A stretch of DNA of 62,557 nucleotides, counting the filler, from Anaerolineae bacterium (GTDB taxonomy: Bacteria > Chloroflexota > Anaerolineae > Epilineales > Epilineaceae), in assembly GCA_029262755.1 (NCBI GenBank). It is 5 parts of 5 records of this genome, joined end to end, with 100 filler letters (N's around TTAATTAATTAA, not from the genome) between each part and the next. Parts side by side here need not be neighbours in the genome. Positions count along the whole stretch, not along the records: positions 10,434 to 34,777 come from JAJCYU010000309.1; positions 34,878 to 39,664 come from JAJCYU010000311.1; 3 more parts are not named here. One strand, given 5' to 3'. The translations under genes and the position numbers were made by a program. Each line of letters opens with the position of its first letter. Position 1 is the first letter of the stretch. Under the pieces are notes generated by a model. It was not told the DNA's origin and ran no database searches. It saw only the letters and a list, made by a program, of their open reading frames with translations. Below, one piece after another: positions 26,488-36,022 of the stretch.

Positions 26488-29072
26488 CAAGGGACAGCGA
26501 TGCGTGCCGCGGCGATCCGGGCGCGTGCCAGGCGATCACGTCCCTTGACGAGCCTTGCGACGGCAAGCAGCGAGGCGGGTCCGTCCCACGGCATGAGGAA
26601 CGCGTTGTAGCGCGGCGACCACTGCGGGTGGAATTTTGTCTTGAAGTGCCGAAGGCCGCGGTAGTTGTAGAGGTGCTCAGCGCGCTGGGAATAGGCATAG
26701 AGTGCACGCTCCGCCCAGCGCGAGCCGCGTTCGACACCCACGGAGGAGAGGGGCGCGGCGCCCAACCCGAACGAGATGTACCCTTGGGCCGCCATCGTCT
26801 CGATCGTGCGGATCAACAGGAAGTTCATCGCGCCCTCTACACGGCCAGGAATGTGTCGCATGAGGTCGATCGTCACTGGTCCCCCAGGGCGCGTGGCCAG
26901 GACGTTGAGAAAGGCCACCACGGCGCCGGAGGCATCCCGGACCAACGCCACCGGTCCGGCCTGCAGATAGCGGTCGGAGAAATAGCAGGCGCTGCATTGG
27001 AGCTCCTGCGTGCCCTTGGCGCGCAGCCACGTGTCGCTGACCGTGCGCAACTCATCGATGAGCGCAGCATCATGCGGCGCTTGCTTGAATTCGAAGCGCG
27101 CTCCGACGGCTTCCATGTCGCGCAGCGTGCGTCGAAAGCCGGCCATCTTGCCGCCCTGCATGGAGAAGTCCACCAACGAGACTTCGGCATCCTCGCCGAT
27201 CTTCATGAAGTGATATCCGAAGTTGTGGAGATGGCTCATCCACGCTGTGCCGACGGAAGCGAAGCCGAGCGATACGCCCCAGTCCTCCGCGGCTTCCTGC
27301 AATCCCTCGATGACGTGTGCAGGTTTCACGCCCCCCTTGAGTACCGGCTCGCCGAACACGACAAGGCGGTCACCGGTCCGTTGCAGGAGCGCCACGGCCA
27401 CGTCCTCGCATGAATCGTCGACCAGAAACCAGGCCATCTTGTCGCCACCGCCGATCAACAGGCCCTCCGCGCTGTTTCCCTCCGCGCGTACGAGCGCCTC
27501 CGCACGTTGAATCTCGCCTTCGTTCGACGTCAGCCACGAGGATTTCGGACGCATCGCCTGCCGCACGAGGATGACGAGGGCGGCGATGGACAATACGAGT
27601 GCCCCCCGAACGAATCGCGCCACGTCGTCGTGTCCGGCAAGGATGACCCATGGCCCGCGCAACAACGCCAACGTGTCCAATCCGGCTACGCCGATCACCG
27701 TGTACAGCGTCATCGCGGACACCGCCGCGGCCAGGGCAGGCTCCCATCCGACGGGCACGCGCCCCTGTCGCACAAACGCGCGCCGCGAGCTGAGGAGCAT
27801 CGCGGCGAGCAAGAGGGCTATCCCCGCTTCCTCAAAATCAGCCCCCTTCAGCGGATGCGCCACCACGGATGCGGCCAGCAATCCTAGGGTTGCCAGATAC
27901 GCGGCGCGATAGCCACGCAACAAGCCCCGTACAAGAAATAGCATGAGCCCCGCGGCCAGAGTTGCGACGAGATGAGAGGCGTCGATAGCAACGACGGGCA
28001 GAAAGCGCTCGATGTAGCTCAGCCGCGCGTCGATGGCCGGCAGTGCGCTACTGAGTAGCAGAAGCACCGCGTTGACGAGCACGGCTCCGGCTACCGCGAC
28101 GCGCTGGAGGCCGCGCAGGCGCGCGGAGGACCGGGTTGCCACCACATACAGAACCACGAGGGACGCAATCCACGGCCCCAGGTAGAAGCAGGCACGAAAG
28201 GTGACGACGGCGCCGGCGGCGGCGGCATGCGACACACCGGCGAGGCTGAACCCCTTGAACCAAACAGCATCCGCGCTACCTAGGCCGCCCGGAACCATGC
28301 TGATCATTCCTGCCAGCTGGCCGACGAGCACGAGGCGGGCGCCGTCTACCACGTCGAGACCCACCCCGACGGATCGAGCGATCGCAACGAAGGCCGCGCC
28401 GGTCAATCCCCATTCCGCGATCGCGACGCCTACCAAGCGCTTCCACGGAAGAGGCGGTAGATCTCCTGCGTCGGGCGACCAACGCTCATACGAACGCCCC
28501 GCGATCGCGGCGAGCACCGTCCCGGTTCCGAGAGCCAACACGGCGCGGACGAAGAGACCGTCCATGACGGGAGGAAGGGGCGCAAAGAGTGCGAGCAGCC
28601 AGGCAACGAGACCGATGGCGCCAGCCACGGTGTACCCGACGATGCCGCGTGCAACCTCCGCTGCGTTGAGGCCTGCTTTGCGGTAGATGAGCAGCCGAAT
28701 TGCAGGGCCGCCGACCGGTCCGATGCTGAGGAAGTTGGTCCAGCCGAACAAGACGGCCCCCAGCATCCATCGACGCCCAAAACTGAGCGTCCCGGCTGGC
28801 ACGTTGAAGGCAAACGCATCGTAGAGGCCCATGATCGCCAACGCCGCGCCCGTGATCGCGATGCCGATGGCGAGCAGGCGGAGGTCGGCACCGGCAACGA
28901 TGGTGTGGACGTCCTGCACGTCGAGGAGGCGAAGCTCGTGTAGTACAGCCCAGACGAGCAACGCGGGCAGCCCCAGCTGCAGCGTCCAACGCAGCGACCG
29001 CCGCACACGCGCCGTGATGGGTGCCAACGCCGCGGCGGGAATCGTGTCGCCGATCTCAGTCTTGGGAGTCAT
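26487..29072 (-). CDS. mprF: Bifunctional aminoacyl-phosphatidylglycerol flippase/synthetase
   Basis: N-terminal multi-TM region (SMVPGGLG). C-terminal DUF2156 domain with GDK, GEPV, KIGEDA, IDLMRH, YNYRGLRHFKTKFHPQWSPRY. Confidence 0.92.
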   Translation of the reverse strand: MTPKTEIGDTIPAAALAPITARVRRSLRWTLQLGLPALLVWAVLHELRLLDVQDVHTIVAGADLRLLAIGIAITGAALAIMGLYDAFAFNVPAGTLSFGRRWMLGAVLFGWTNFLSIGPVGGPAIRLLIYRKAGLNAAEVARGIVGYTVAGAIGLVAWLLALFAPLPPVMDGLFVRAVLALGTGTVLAAIAGRSYERWSPDAGDLPPLPWKRLVGVAIAEWGLTGAAFVAIARSVGVGLDVVDGARLVLVGQLAGMISMVPGGLGSADAVWFKGFSLAGVSHAAAAGAVVTFRACFYLGPWIASLVVLYVVATRSSARLRGLQRVAVAGAVLVNAVLLLLSSALPAIDARLSYIERFLPVVAIDASHLVATLAAGLMLFLVRGLLRGYRAAYLATLGLLAASVVAHPLKGADFEEAGIALLLAAMLLSSRRAFVRQGRVPVGWEPALAAAVSAMTLYTVIGVAGLDTLALLRGPWVILAGHDDVARFVRGALVLSIAALVILVRQAMRPKSSWLTSNEGEIQRAEALVRAEGNSAEGLLIGGGDKMAWFLVDDSCEDVAVALLQRTGDRLVVFGEPVLKGGVKPAHVIEGLQEAAEDWGVSLGFASVGTAWMSHLHNFGYHFMKIGEDAEVSLVDFSMQGGKMAGFRRTLRDMEAVGARFEFKQAPHDAALIDELRTVSDTWLRAKGTQELQCSACYFSDRYLQAGPVALVRDASGAVVAFLNVLATRPGGPVTIDLMRHIPGRVEGAMNFLLIRTIETMAAQGYISFGLGAAPLSSVGVERGSRWAERALYAYSQRAEHLYNYRGLRHFKTKFHPQWSPRYNAFLMPWDGPASLLAVARLVKGRDRLARARIAAARIAVP

Positions 29073-29221
29073 GCGGATCGCGCCTCAGGTGGTGCCGGGA
29101 AGCCCGAGCCCGCCGGATCGCTGCGCGCCCACGGCGCCCAGCAAGAGTATGGTGGAACGGAGGGAGCGGTGGGCATTTTGGCAGTGCGTTCGCGAGCGCG
29201 ATCGTGAACGCCTACAGCGCG

Positions 29222-29770
29222 CTATGAGCCCACCCATATCCATACGCCGTGAAACAGGCGTCGCATCCCGACGATGTACGCGGCCCAGCCTGCCGCCGTA
29301 CCGACGCCGAACGCGATCCCGTAGCGCGCCGATGTCGCCGGTAGCCTGCCCAGCAGCCACAAGGCCAGAGTCGGTCCAACGGCCAGTAGCGGCAGGCTCG
29401 CGGTGGCCACGATCGGGATATGCAAAATGGACAACACGCCTGACTCCACCCAGCGCTCCACCTCGCGGATAGGCCCGAGTACCGTCGCGTAGGCGATCAA
29501 AGTCGAAGTCGTCACCCATCCGATCCGCACGAGCGAGTCGACGACGGGAATCACGCCGCTACGCGCCGCCCGATCGCGCCACGCGTGCAGCGCGAGGACG
29601 ATCGCCACGGCCACCGCGGCAGCTGCCACCGTGGGCGCAAGAGCGGGCATCGGCGGCGTGATCCACTCCGGGAACGGAGCGGATGAGGAATACGCGATGC
29701 GCGGGCCATGCGGCGCGGCCGGCGTCCTGGTGATCCAAAACGGGAGGCTCAGTATGAGCAATGGTGCCAC
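29222..29770 (-). CDS. Hypothetical membrane protein
   Basis: Fills the gap between co-directional genes and has 4 hydrophobic segments; no family recognised. Confidence 0.45.
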   Translation of the reverse strand: MAPLLILSLPFWITRTPAAPHGPRIAYSSSAPFPEWITPPMPALAPTVAAAAVAVAIVLALHAWRDRAARSGVIPVVDSLVRIGWVTTSTLIAYATVLGPIREVERWVESGVLSILHIPIVATASLPLLAVGPTLALWLLGRLPATSARYGIAFGVGTAAGWAAYIVGMRRLFHGVWIWVGS

Positions 29771-29875
29771 CGTTTGCCGCGCGCAGTGCTGCGACTACGT
29801 GTCGTTGCCGCCCACCCACAGGACGTCGAGTCCCAGACGGATGCGTGCGGTTGCCCAAGCGTTTGCCGCAACGCG

Positions 29876-31099
29876 TCACCCATCGGCCGCTGCCTTGGGC
29901 TTTGCATTGTGCGCAGCATCGGGCGCCGCTTCGGTCGCTGCGTCTTGCGCTGCTCCCGGCGCGGAAAACGGAGCGCCGTCAGCCCGTGTCAAGGATGCGG
30001 CGGTCATCGCTCCGCGCTCCACGGCGACGCGCTGTTCGTCCACATGGAGCTCCGGCCAGCGCTGGGTCAACCACGCCGCGATGCGGGCGACGGCCAAGTG
30101 CACGCCGGGTGTGGGGCGCGGCAGGCCGAGTTGGGCGAGGCTGAGCGTCGCGTCTTTGTCGCGTCGCGTGAGCACGACGGCCAGGCGCTGGCTGATGGTC
30201 GGCTCCTGGATGAAGACGTCGAAGAGCACGCTGTGCGCGTCGTTGAACGCACCCATCGCGCTGATGTGCCGGTCCTCGTGCTCGAATCGGATCGGAGCGA
30301 AGGATTGGCGGATCGCCTGCAGATCGAGCGGACCGCGCAGGACGAGATGGGGCATGGCGAGCTCCTCGGATTGCGGCGCCGCTGGCGCGAGCCGCTGGTT
30401 GCGCCGATAACGAAAGTAATGCCCCGGACGGCCTTGCTCGCGCGCCCGGCCTTCGTACTTGGTCACGACGCGTCCGCTCATCGCGTCGGCCCAAGGCTCG
30501 CCAAGATCGTTTTCGAGCGCTTCGCAAGCGGTGAGCACGCCGTGCGCGGCATCCGCGTAGTCGCGGATGTCGGTGGCAAGATACAGTACCCCGCCAGGCC
30601 GCAGGCGGTTCGCGATCCAGTCGACGGTATCGGCTTGGATGACGCGCCGGCCGTGATGACGCTTCTTGAACCAGGGGTCCGGGTAGTTCACGTGCACGGC
30701 GTCGAGTGTGGCCTCGGTGAACAAGAGTGCGAGCGCGGATTCCGCCGCCGCGTGGATCACCCGGATGCGGTCGTTCTCCCCGCGCATCAAACGCCGCTCT
30801 ACCTTCTCGAGGCTCTGGTTGCTGACCTCGACCCCGATCACGTTGTGCTCGGGGTGCGTTTGTGCAAGGTGGAACAGCATCTCGCCGCGCCCGAAGCCGA
30901 TCTCGAGAATAAGCGGCCGCTGCGTGCCGAAGGCCAATCCCCAATCCATGGGCCACGGCAGCTCCGAGAGCGCAAGGCGTCGCGGCGCCGTGGGATCCGC
31001 GCGCTCGTCGAGGCGCGGTGGACGAGGCCCCGCATCGGGCAAGACGGCGCTTTGCGCAATCTCGGAACGCCCAGTGCTGCCCTCGCGGCTCACGCGCAT
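29876..31099 (-). CDS. trmB: tRNA (guanine-N7)-methyltransferase with C-terminal extension (start uncertain)
   Basis: LEIGFGRG, IGVEV, NYPDPWFKKRHHGRR, LATD, TKYE. Confidence 0.9.
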   Translation of the reverse strand: MRVSREGSTGRSEIAQSAVLPDAGPRPPRLDERADPTAPRRLALSELPWPMDWGLAFGTQRPLILEIGFGRGEMLFHLAQTHPEHNVIGVEVSNQSLEKVERRLMRGENDRIRVIHAAAESALALLFTEATLDAVHVNYPDPWFKKRHHGRRVIQADTVDWIANRLRPGGVLYLATDIRDYADAAHGVLTACEALENDLGEPWADAMSGRVVTKYEGRAREQGRPGHYFRYRRNQRLAPAAPQSEELAMPHLVLRGPLDLQAIRQSFAPIRFEHEDRHISAMGAFNDAHSVLFDVFIQEPTISQRLAVVLTRRDKDATLSLAQLGLPRPTPGVHLAVARIAAWLTQRWPELHVDEQRVAVERGAMTAASLTRADGAPFSAPGAAQDAATEAAPDAAHNAKPKAAADG

Positions 31100-31118
31100 C
31101 TGCGCAGCGTCACGCGGA

Positions 31119-32693
31119 TCACGGAGCGCCGAGCGCCTGCAGCGCCTGGCTTGCGGGCGCGAACGAGGGCTGGAAGAACAGCGCGCGTTGGTACGCCTCT
31201 CGCGCCTCCTCGCGTCGACCGAGGCCCTCGAGCGCGCGGCCGCGCCAAAACTGCCACTCCTCCAAGTTCTCACCCTTCATCGGCGCGAGCGTCACGTCCG
31301 CCTGTGCGAGCAACTGCTCGTTCCTGCCGAGAGCGTGCAGGCTCTCCGCGTAGCCGAACTGGTACCAGAACGCGCGAAACGGCAGCCCGATCGCGATCGC
31401 GCGTTCGAAGGCTGCGACCGCCTCGTCGTGACGACCTCGGCGCGCCAAAGACTCGCCCAAAGCATAATGCGCCCACGCATCCTGTGGATGCGCGTCGGCG
31501 AAGGCTCGTACCTGCTGTGCTACCCGCGCCTCGTTGGCGGCAGGATCCGCGTCCTCGCCGAGCACCGCCCGCGCCAGATCGGACTGCGATGGGTCGTAGA
31601 CGAGGACGTATGCGCCCAGAAACGGCTGCCACATCGCAGCAAAGGCCGCGGCCGCGTAGCGTTGGCTCGGTCCGTAGTAGGAGTCCATCGCCACGACCTC
31701 GCTGCTGGCGTCGTCGTAGCCGGTGACGACCCGGTAATGCCCCATCTCACCGCGACCATCCACGCCGATCCACTGCTCGGCTACCAGCGGCATGCCGGCG
31801 CGCACGGCTGCCCGGGCCAGCGCAGGCGTCCCGCCCCATCGCACGTCTGCCCGCAGCCCGCGCGACTCGATGTAGCGCGCGATCTCCTCCGGTGACACGT
31901 TGGTGTCCTCGCGATCGGGCTTGAGGACGGCGGCGATGGCCAGTTGGTCCTCCGTCACGCCGAAGGCCGAGAGCGCCATCATCGTTGCCGACGGCCCGCA
32001 GTTGTTCCACTTCTGCCAGGTGTGTGCGACACCGGGCAAGGTGTGCACCACCGCGTTGACGTCCGCCACGGGCGGCACCCGCGGCGCCGTGGGCAGGGCG
32101 CTTCGATCGGGCGTCCCTGACGGCGTCGGGGGCGCGGCGGATGGCTGATCGGACGTGCCGGACGTCTCGGTCGATTCGGGCGTGCCGGCCATGCCGGGCG
32201 GGACAGTCGACGACGTCGTGGTTGTCCGGGATGTCGCGGACGATTCGCCGCGATCCTGTGTCGTGCTGCCCTGCTGGGCATCGGCCGCGGCCGCGGCCGA
32301 TGCGGAGACCTCTGATTGGCGCATATTCGACGCCGGACCGACGGCATATCCGGGCATCGGGGTTGCGTCGGGGATCGGTGTGCGTGCGGCTTTCGTCGTC
32401 GCGTCCGGTTGACCATCGGGCGCAGAAGCCGGTGCGTCTGGAGGCGAGCCATCGCCGACCACGGAAAGTACTGCCGGCGAGATCGTGGGCAGCGCCTCGT
32501 GCGCAAGCGGCGTAGGAAGTGCGGACCCCGACGTCACGGCATTCCCGGGCGCGGGCACGCTGTTGGCGCAACCCGAGATGAGTAGGAACACGGCCATCGT
32601 ACGCAGTGACAGCGAACGGCTGCGGGCAAGCGCGTTAGACGCGCGCGTGCGCCTGCAGGTTACCGCGCCGGCGCGCACGGTAGATCGAAGCAT
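31119..32693 (-). CDS. Lipoprotein: disordered linker + C39-like cysteine peptidase + TPR (start uncertain)
   Basis: LLISGC lipobox, QKWNNCGP catalytic Cys, GHYRVVTGYDD His, DSYYG, TPR-like C-terminus. Confidence 0.85.
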   Translation of the reverse strand: MLRSTVRAGAVTCRRTRASNALARSRSLSLRTMAVFLLISGCANSVPAPGNAVTSGSALPTPLAHEALPTISPAVLSVVGDGSPPDAPASAPDGQPDATTKAARTPIPDATPMPGYAVGPASNMRQSEVSASAAAAADAQQGSTTQDRGESSATSRTTTTSSTVPPGMAGTPESTETSGTSDQPSAAPPTPSGTPDRSALPTAPRVPPVADVNAVVHTLPGVAHTWQKWNNCGPSATMMALSAFGVTEDQLAIAAVLKPDREDTNVSPEEIARYIESRGLRADVRWGGTPALARAAVRAGMPLVAEQWIGVDGRGEMGHYRVVTGYDDASSEVVAMDSYYGPSQRYAAAAFAAMWQPFLGAYVLVYDPSQSDLARAVLGEDADPAANEARVAQQVRAFADAHPQDAWAHYALGESLARRGRHDEAVAAFERAIAIGLPFRAFWYQFGYAESLHALGRNEQLLAQADVTLAPMKGENLEEWQFWRGRALEGLGRREEAREAYQRALFFQPSFAPASQALQALGAP

Positions 32694-33162
32694 GATCCGA
32701 CGCCCATGCTCTTGACGCATGCTCGTTGCGGCGGGCAGAATCGCCGACCTCCGTTCGGGCCGCCAAGCCCGTCGCGCCTTGGTCATGCGTCCTCTCGATG
32801 GGTGAAAGCCGGACCCGAAACGATTCAGCGGTGCCAAACGTGAGACCGACATGGGCTACATTTCTACCACCGCGCCGAAGCGTCGGCTGGCACCCGAGAT
32901 CGTGCTAAGCAACCAGGTCAAGTCTAGCATCAGCACCCGACGTACCCAGCCTCCGATGGTCCCGAATTCCGCCGTGCGGCACCTTCGACCGCGCACTTCC
33001 CACCCCGCATGGAACACGGCGCGCCGCATCCCGCCTCGGCACGAAGGCGTCGGTCCTCGCGCAACCATTTCCCCTTAGCGTGCCACGTCGACTTCAAGCA
33101 CCTTCATTTGCCGGAATCTGCGAACCCATCCGCCACGTTCCCTCCCTGCAGGAGCATTCGCA

Positions 33163-33936
33163 ATGGAATACGAATTCATTCTTGTCGACGTCGAAGCGTC
33201 GATCGGCATCATTCAATTCAACCGACCCGACAAGCTCAATGCGCTGAGCCCTGCGCTGATCGGCGAAATGGCCCACGCCATGGAAGCGCTCGACGCCAAC
33301 GACGCCATCGGCGCGATCGTGTTGACCGGAGACGAACGCGCCTTCGCAGCCGGCGCGGACATTGGAGCCATGGCGACCGCGACCGTGGTGGACCAGATCG
33401 AGATGGACATGTTCGCGACCTGGGATCGCGTGCGCAAGATCTCCAAGCCGATCATCGCAGCCGTGAGCGGCTTCGCGCTCGGTGGCGGCTGCGAGACGGC
33501 GATGATGTGCGACATGATCGTTGCCAGCGAGACGGCGCGCTTTGGGCAGCCCGAGATCAAGATCGGCGTGATACCGGGTGCCGGCGGCTCCCAGCGCATG
33601 GCCCAGGCGCTGGGCAAGGCCAAGACGATGGAGATGGTCCTGACAGGTCGGTTCATGAGCGCCGAAGAGGCGCAACGGCACGGTCTGGTCAACCGTGTCG
33701 TACCGGTCGAACGCTACTTAGAAGAGGCCAAGGAGCTGGCGCGCGAGATCGCAGCCATGCCGCCGGTGGCGGTCCGATTGGGCAAGGAAGCGGTCAATGC
33801 GGTCTTTGATGACTACCTCGACCGCGGGCTGCTCTTCGAGCGCAAGAACTTCTACATGCTCTTTGCGACGGAAGATCAAAAAGAGGGTATGGCTGCATTC
33901 CTGGAGAAGCGCCGGCCCACGTGGAAGGGTCGCTGA
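33163..33936 (+). CDS. Enoyl-CoA hydratase (PaaF/EchA-like)
   Basis: NRPDKLNAL, AFAAGADI, GFALGGGCE, FGQPEIKIGVIPGAGGSQR; AGGAG RBS. Confidence 0.95.
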   Translation: MEYEFILVDVEASIGIIQFNRPDKLNALSPALIGEMAHAMEALDANDAIGAIVLTGDERAFAAGADIGAMATATVVDQIEMDMFATWDRVRKISKPIIAAVSGFALGGGCETAMMCDMIVASETARFGQPEIKIGVIPGAGGSQRMAQALGKAKTMEMVLTGRFMSAEEAQRHGLVNRVVPVERYLEEAKELAREIAAMPPVAVRLGKEAVNAVFDDYLDRGLLFERKNFYMLFATEDQKEGMAAFLEKRRPTWKGR

Positions 33937-34574
33937 TTTCGGACGATCGATGGGCGAAGGACGGCGGTGTCGCGGGCCAGCCGGCGCGCCCGACACCGGC
34001 CGGACCGACGCGCTTGACACGGTTCGCGCGCAGCGCGCGCGTGGCCTGGACGTGCGCTGCGCTGCTTGCGGTCGGCCTTGTCGTCCAGTCGCTTCGAACG
34101 GAGATGGCCGCGCCGTGGGAGTTGGCCGGCCTGAGCCACGCGGTCGGCATCCCGGTCGGCATGCGGCTCACGGCCGGCTTTGCCGTGCGCAATCGCAGCC
34201 GCTTGCCGCTGCGGATCGTCTCGATCACCGTCCGCGGCGACGAGCGCGGGATGCCGCAGGACCCGGCCGCGAACCGCCGTGTGCGCTTGGACGTGGTCGA
34301 AGTCGCGGTGCTTCGGGGCGTTCCGGACGGTGAAGCAGTGCCTGCCTTGCCTGGCACCTTGCTCGAGCGCGAGCTGCGTGGAGGATCACCGAAGGGGGCG
34401 CGTGTTTCGGCCGGGGAGGCTGTCGAGCTTGGGGTCAGTGTTGTTGGCGACGGAGCAGGCGAGTTCGGCCTCGGTCCGATCGAGGTGGCCTTCCAATGGG
34501 GTCCATGGAGCGGCGAGCAGACAGTGCCGCTCCCCCGTGATTATCGCGTTCGGGTGACCGCGCCGGACGCCTGA
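33921..34574 (+). CDS. Hypothetical membrane-anchored beta-sandwich protein (start uncertain)
   Basis: One TM helix, then FAVRNRS.LPLRIVSI and VSAGEAVEL, an Ig-like pattern. Confidence 0.5.
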   Translation: MEGSLISDDRWAKDGGVAGQPARPTPAGPTRLTRFARSARVAWTCAALLAVGLVVQSLRTEMAAPWELAGLSHAVGIPVGMRLTAGFAVRNRSRLPLRIVSITVRGDERGMPQDPAANRRVRLDVVEVAVLRGVPDGEAVPALPGTLLERELRGGSPKGARVSAGEAVELGVSVVGDGAGEFGLGPIEVAFQWGPWSGEQTVPLPRDYRVRVTAPDA

Positions 34575-34777
34575 GGCGGCCGGACGCACGGCAGGCTTGT
34601 GCGCGTGTCGCCTTCGGAGCGCGGGGCAAGAGCGGGACGTCCCTGCTCCCCGGCTTCGTCCTCGACGTGGGGGCGCTGTTCCGGTAGCGGAGGCGCGCGC
34701 GCGTCGCCTCAGCCCGCAGCTCCGACCGGCGGCGCCGCGCCGTCTCGATCCTCGCGAAACTCCCGGACGCTCTCCCG

Positions 34778-34877
34778 NNNNNNNNNNNNNNNNNNNNNNN
34801 NNNNNNNNNNNNNNNNNNNNNTTAATTAATTAANNNNNNNNNNNNNNNNNNNNNNNNNNNNNNNNNNNNNNNNNNNN
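34778..34877. other. Artificial contig spacer
   Basis: N-TTAATTAATTAA-N. Confidence 0.98.
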
Positions 34878-34962
34878 GTAAGCGTTCAGGGAACGCACAC
34901 TTGAGGAACAGGGCGCGGGTTCGATCTCTTTTGCACGGCGAGGTTTGCAAAGGAGATGAGAC

Positions 34963-35595
34963 ATGCCCCGACCAAAGCAAGCGAGACGTCTGAAACTTGA
35001 AGCATTTTGGCGCGCGCACCTGAAGGGCTGGCGCAACAGCGAGTTGAACCAGCGGGAATATTGCGAGCTGCACGGCCTGCCGTTGAAGCGGTTCGGGAAC
35101 TGGCGCGCCGAGTTCAAGGATGAAGAGACGATTGTCCCGGCCGGCCTGCTCTGGCGGCGAGGTGGCGGCGATCGCACTAGGGCTAGCACTAGGACTAGGG
35201 AAATTCACCCGCCGCCGACGCGAAGACGGCGCAACTACTCGGATGCAGACAAGCGGCGCATCATCGCGGAAGCCTCGCGCGACAACGCATCGGTCTCCGG
35301 CGTCGCCCGCCAGTACGGCATCTCAACTGGTCTGCTGTTTCGATGGCGCAAGAATTTTGGCATGGGGCCGATGCATCGCATCGTGCCAGTGACGATCACG
35401 GACATGCCTGACGGTCTCGTGGACCTGTCAGCCATCACCCCTGCGCCCACTCAATCCGCACCTGTCGTGGTCGAGCGGGCCGCCCTGGCGATCGAGATCG
35501 AGTTGGCCAGTGGTCGACGTGTTCGCTTCGAACGTGACACCGATCCCGAAACGATTCAGCGTCTGGTCACAATGCTGGAAGGGGGTGCCCAATGA
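34963..35595 (+). CDS. tnpA: IS66 accessory protein TnpA
   Basis: FWRAHL..W..SEL..REYC.LHGL, RRRNYSDADKRRI...VARQYGI...LFRWRK, IEIELASG. Confidence 0.85.
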   Translation: MPRPKQARRLKLEAFWRAHLKGWRNSELNQREYCELHGLPLKRFGNWRAEFKDEETIVPAGLLWRRGGGDRTRASTRTREIHPPPTRRRRNYSDADKRRIIAEASRDNASVSGVARQYGISTGLLFRWRKNFGMGPMHRIVPVTITDMPDGLVDLSAITPAPTQSAPVVVERAALAIEIELASGRRVRFERDTDPETIQRLVTMLEGGAQ

Positions 35596-35945
35596 TCGTA
35601 GCACCGACCGGCGTCAAGGTTCACATCGCCTGCGGCGTGACCGACATGCGCAAAGGGATCGACGGCCTGGCAACCATGGCCCAGGAGATCCTCCTCGAAG
35701 ATCCGTTCTCGGGTCACCTGTTCGCATTCCGTGGTCGCAAGGCCAACCTGCTCAAGATCCTATACTGGGACGGTACAGGGCTTTGCCTCTTCACCAAGCG
35801 GCTCGAGCATCGGATCTTCGAATGGCCGACTGTCGGTTCGACGGGCGAAACGATCAGCCTCACGTCAGCACAGCTTTCGATGCTGATCGAAGGGATCGAT
35901 TGGCGGTCGCCGGACCGCAGTTGGCGACCGGCAGTGGCGGGTTAG
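35592..35945 (+). CDS. tnpB: IS66 accessory protein TnpB
   Basis: TDMRKGIDGL, DPFSGHLFAFRGR, KILYWDGTG, KRLE, LIEGIDWR. Confidence 0.95.
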   Translation: MIVAPTGVKVHIACGVTDMRKGIDGLATMAQEILLEDPFSGHLFAFRGRKANLLKILYWDGTGLCLFTKRLEHRIFEWPTVGSTGETISLTSAQLSMLIEGIDWRSPDRSWRPAVAG

Positions 35946-36022
35946 ACTCACATCCCCAACTGGGTGTCTTGCTGGCTCAAATAATCAGCGCGAAACGCTT
36001 TCTGGGACGGTAAAATCAGGGC

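Noticed and set aside
29708..31726. 672-aa plus-strand ORF, and other long antisense ORFs such as 8667-10202, 21728-23029 and 50961-52610
   Set aside because: Shadow frames of well-supported opposite-strand genes in high-GC DNA; Arg/Ala/Pro-rich with no motifs.
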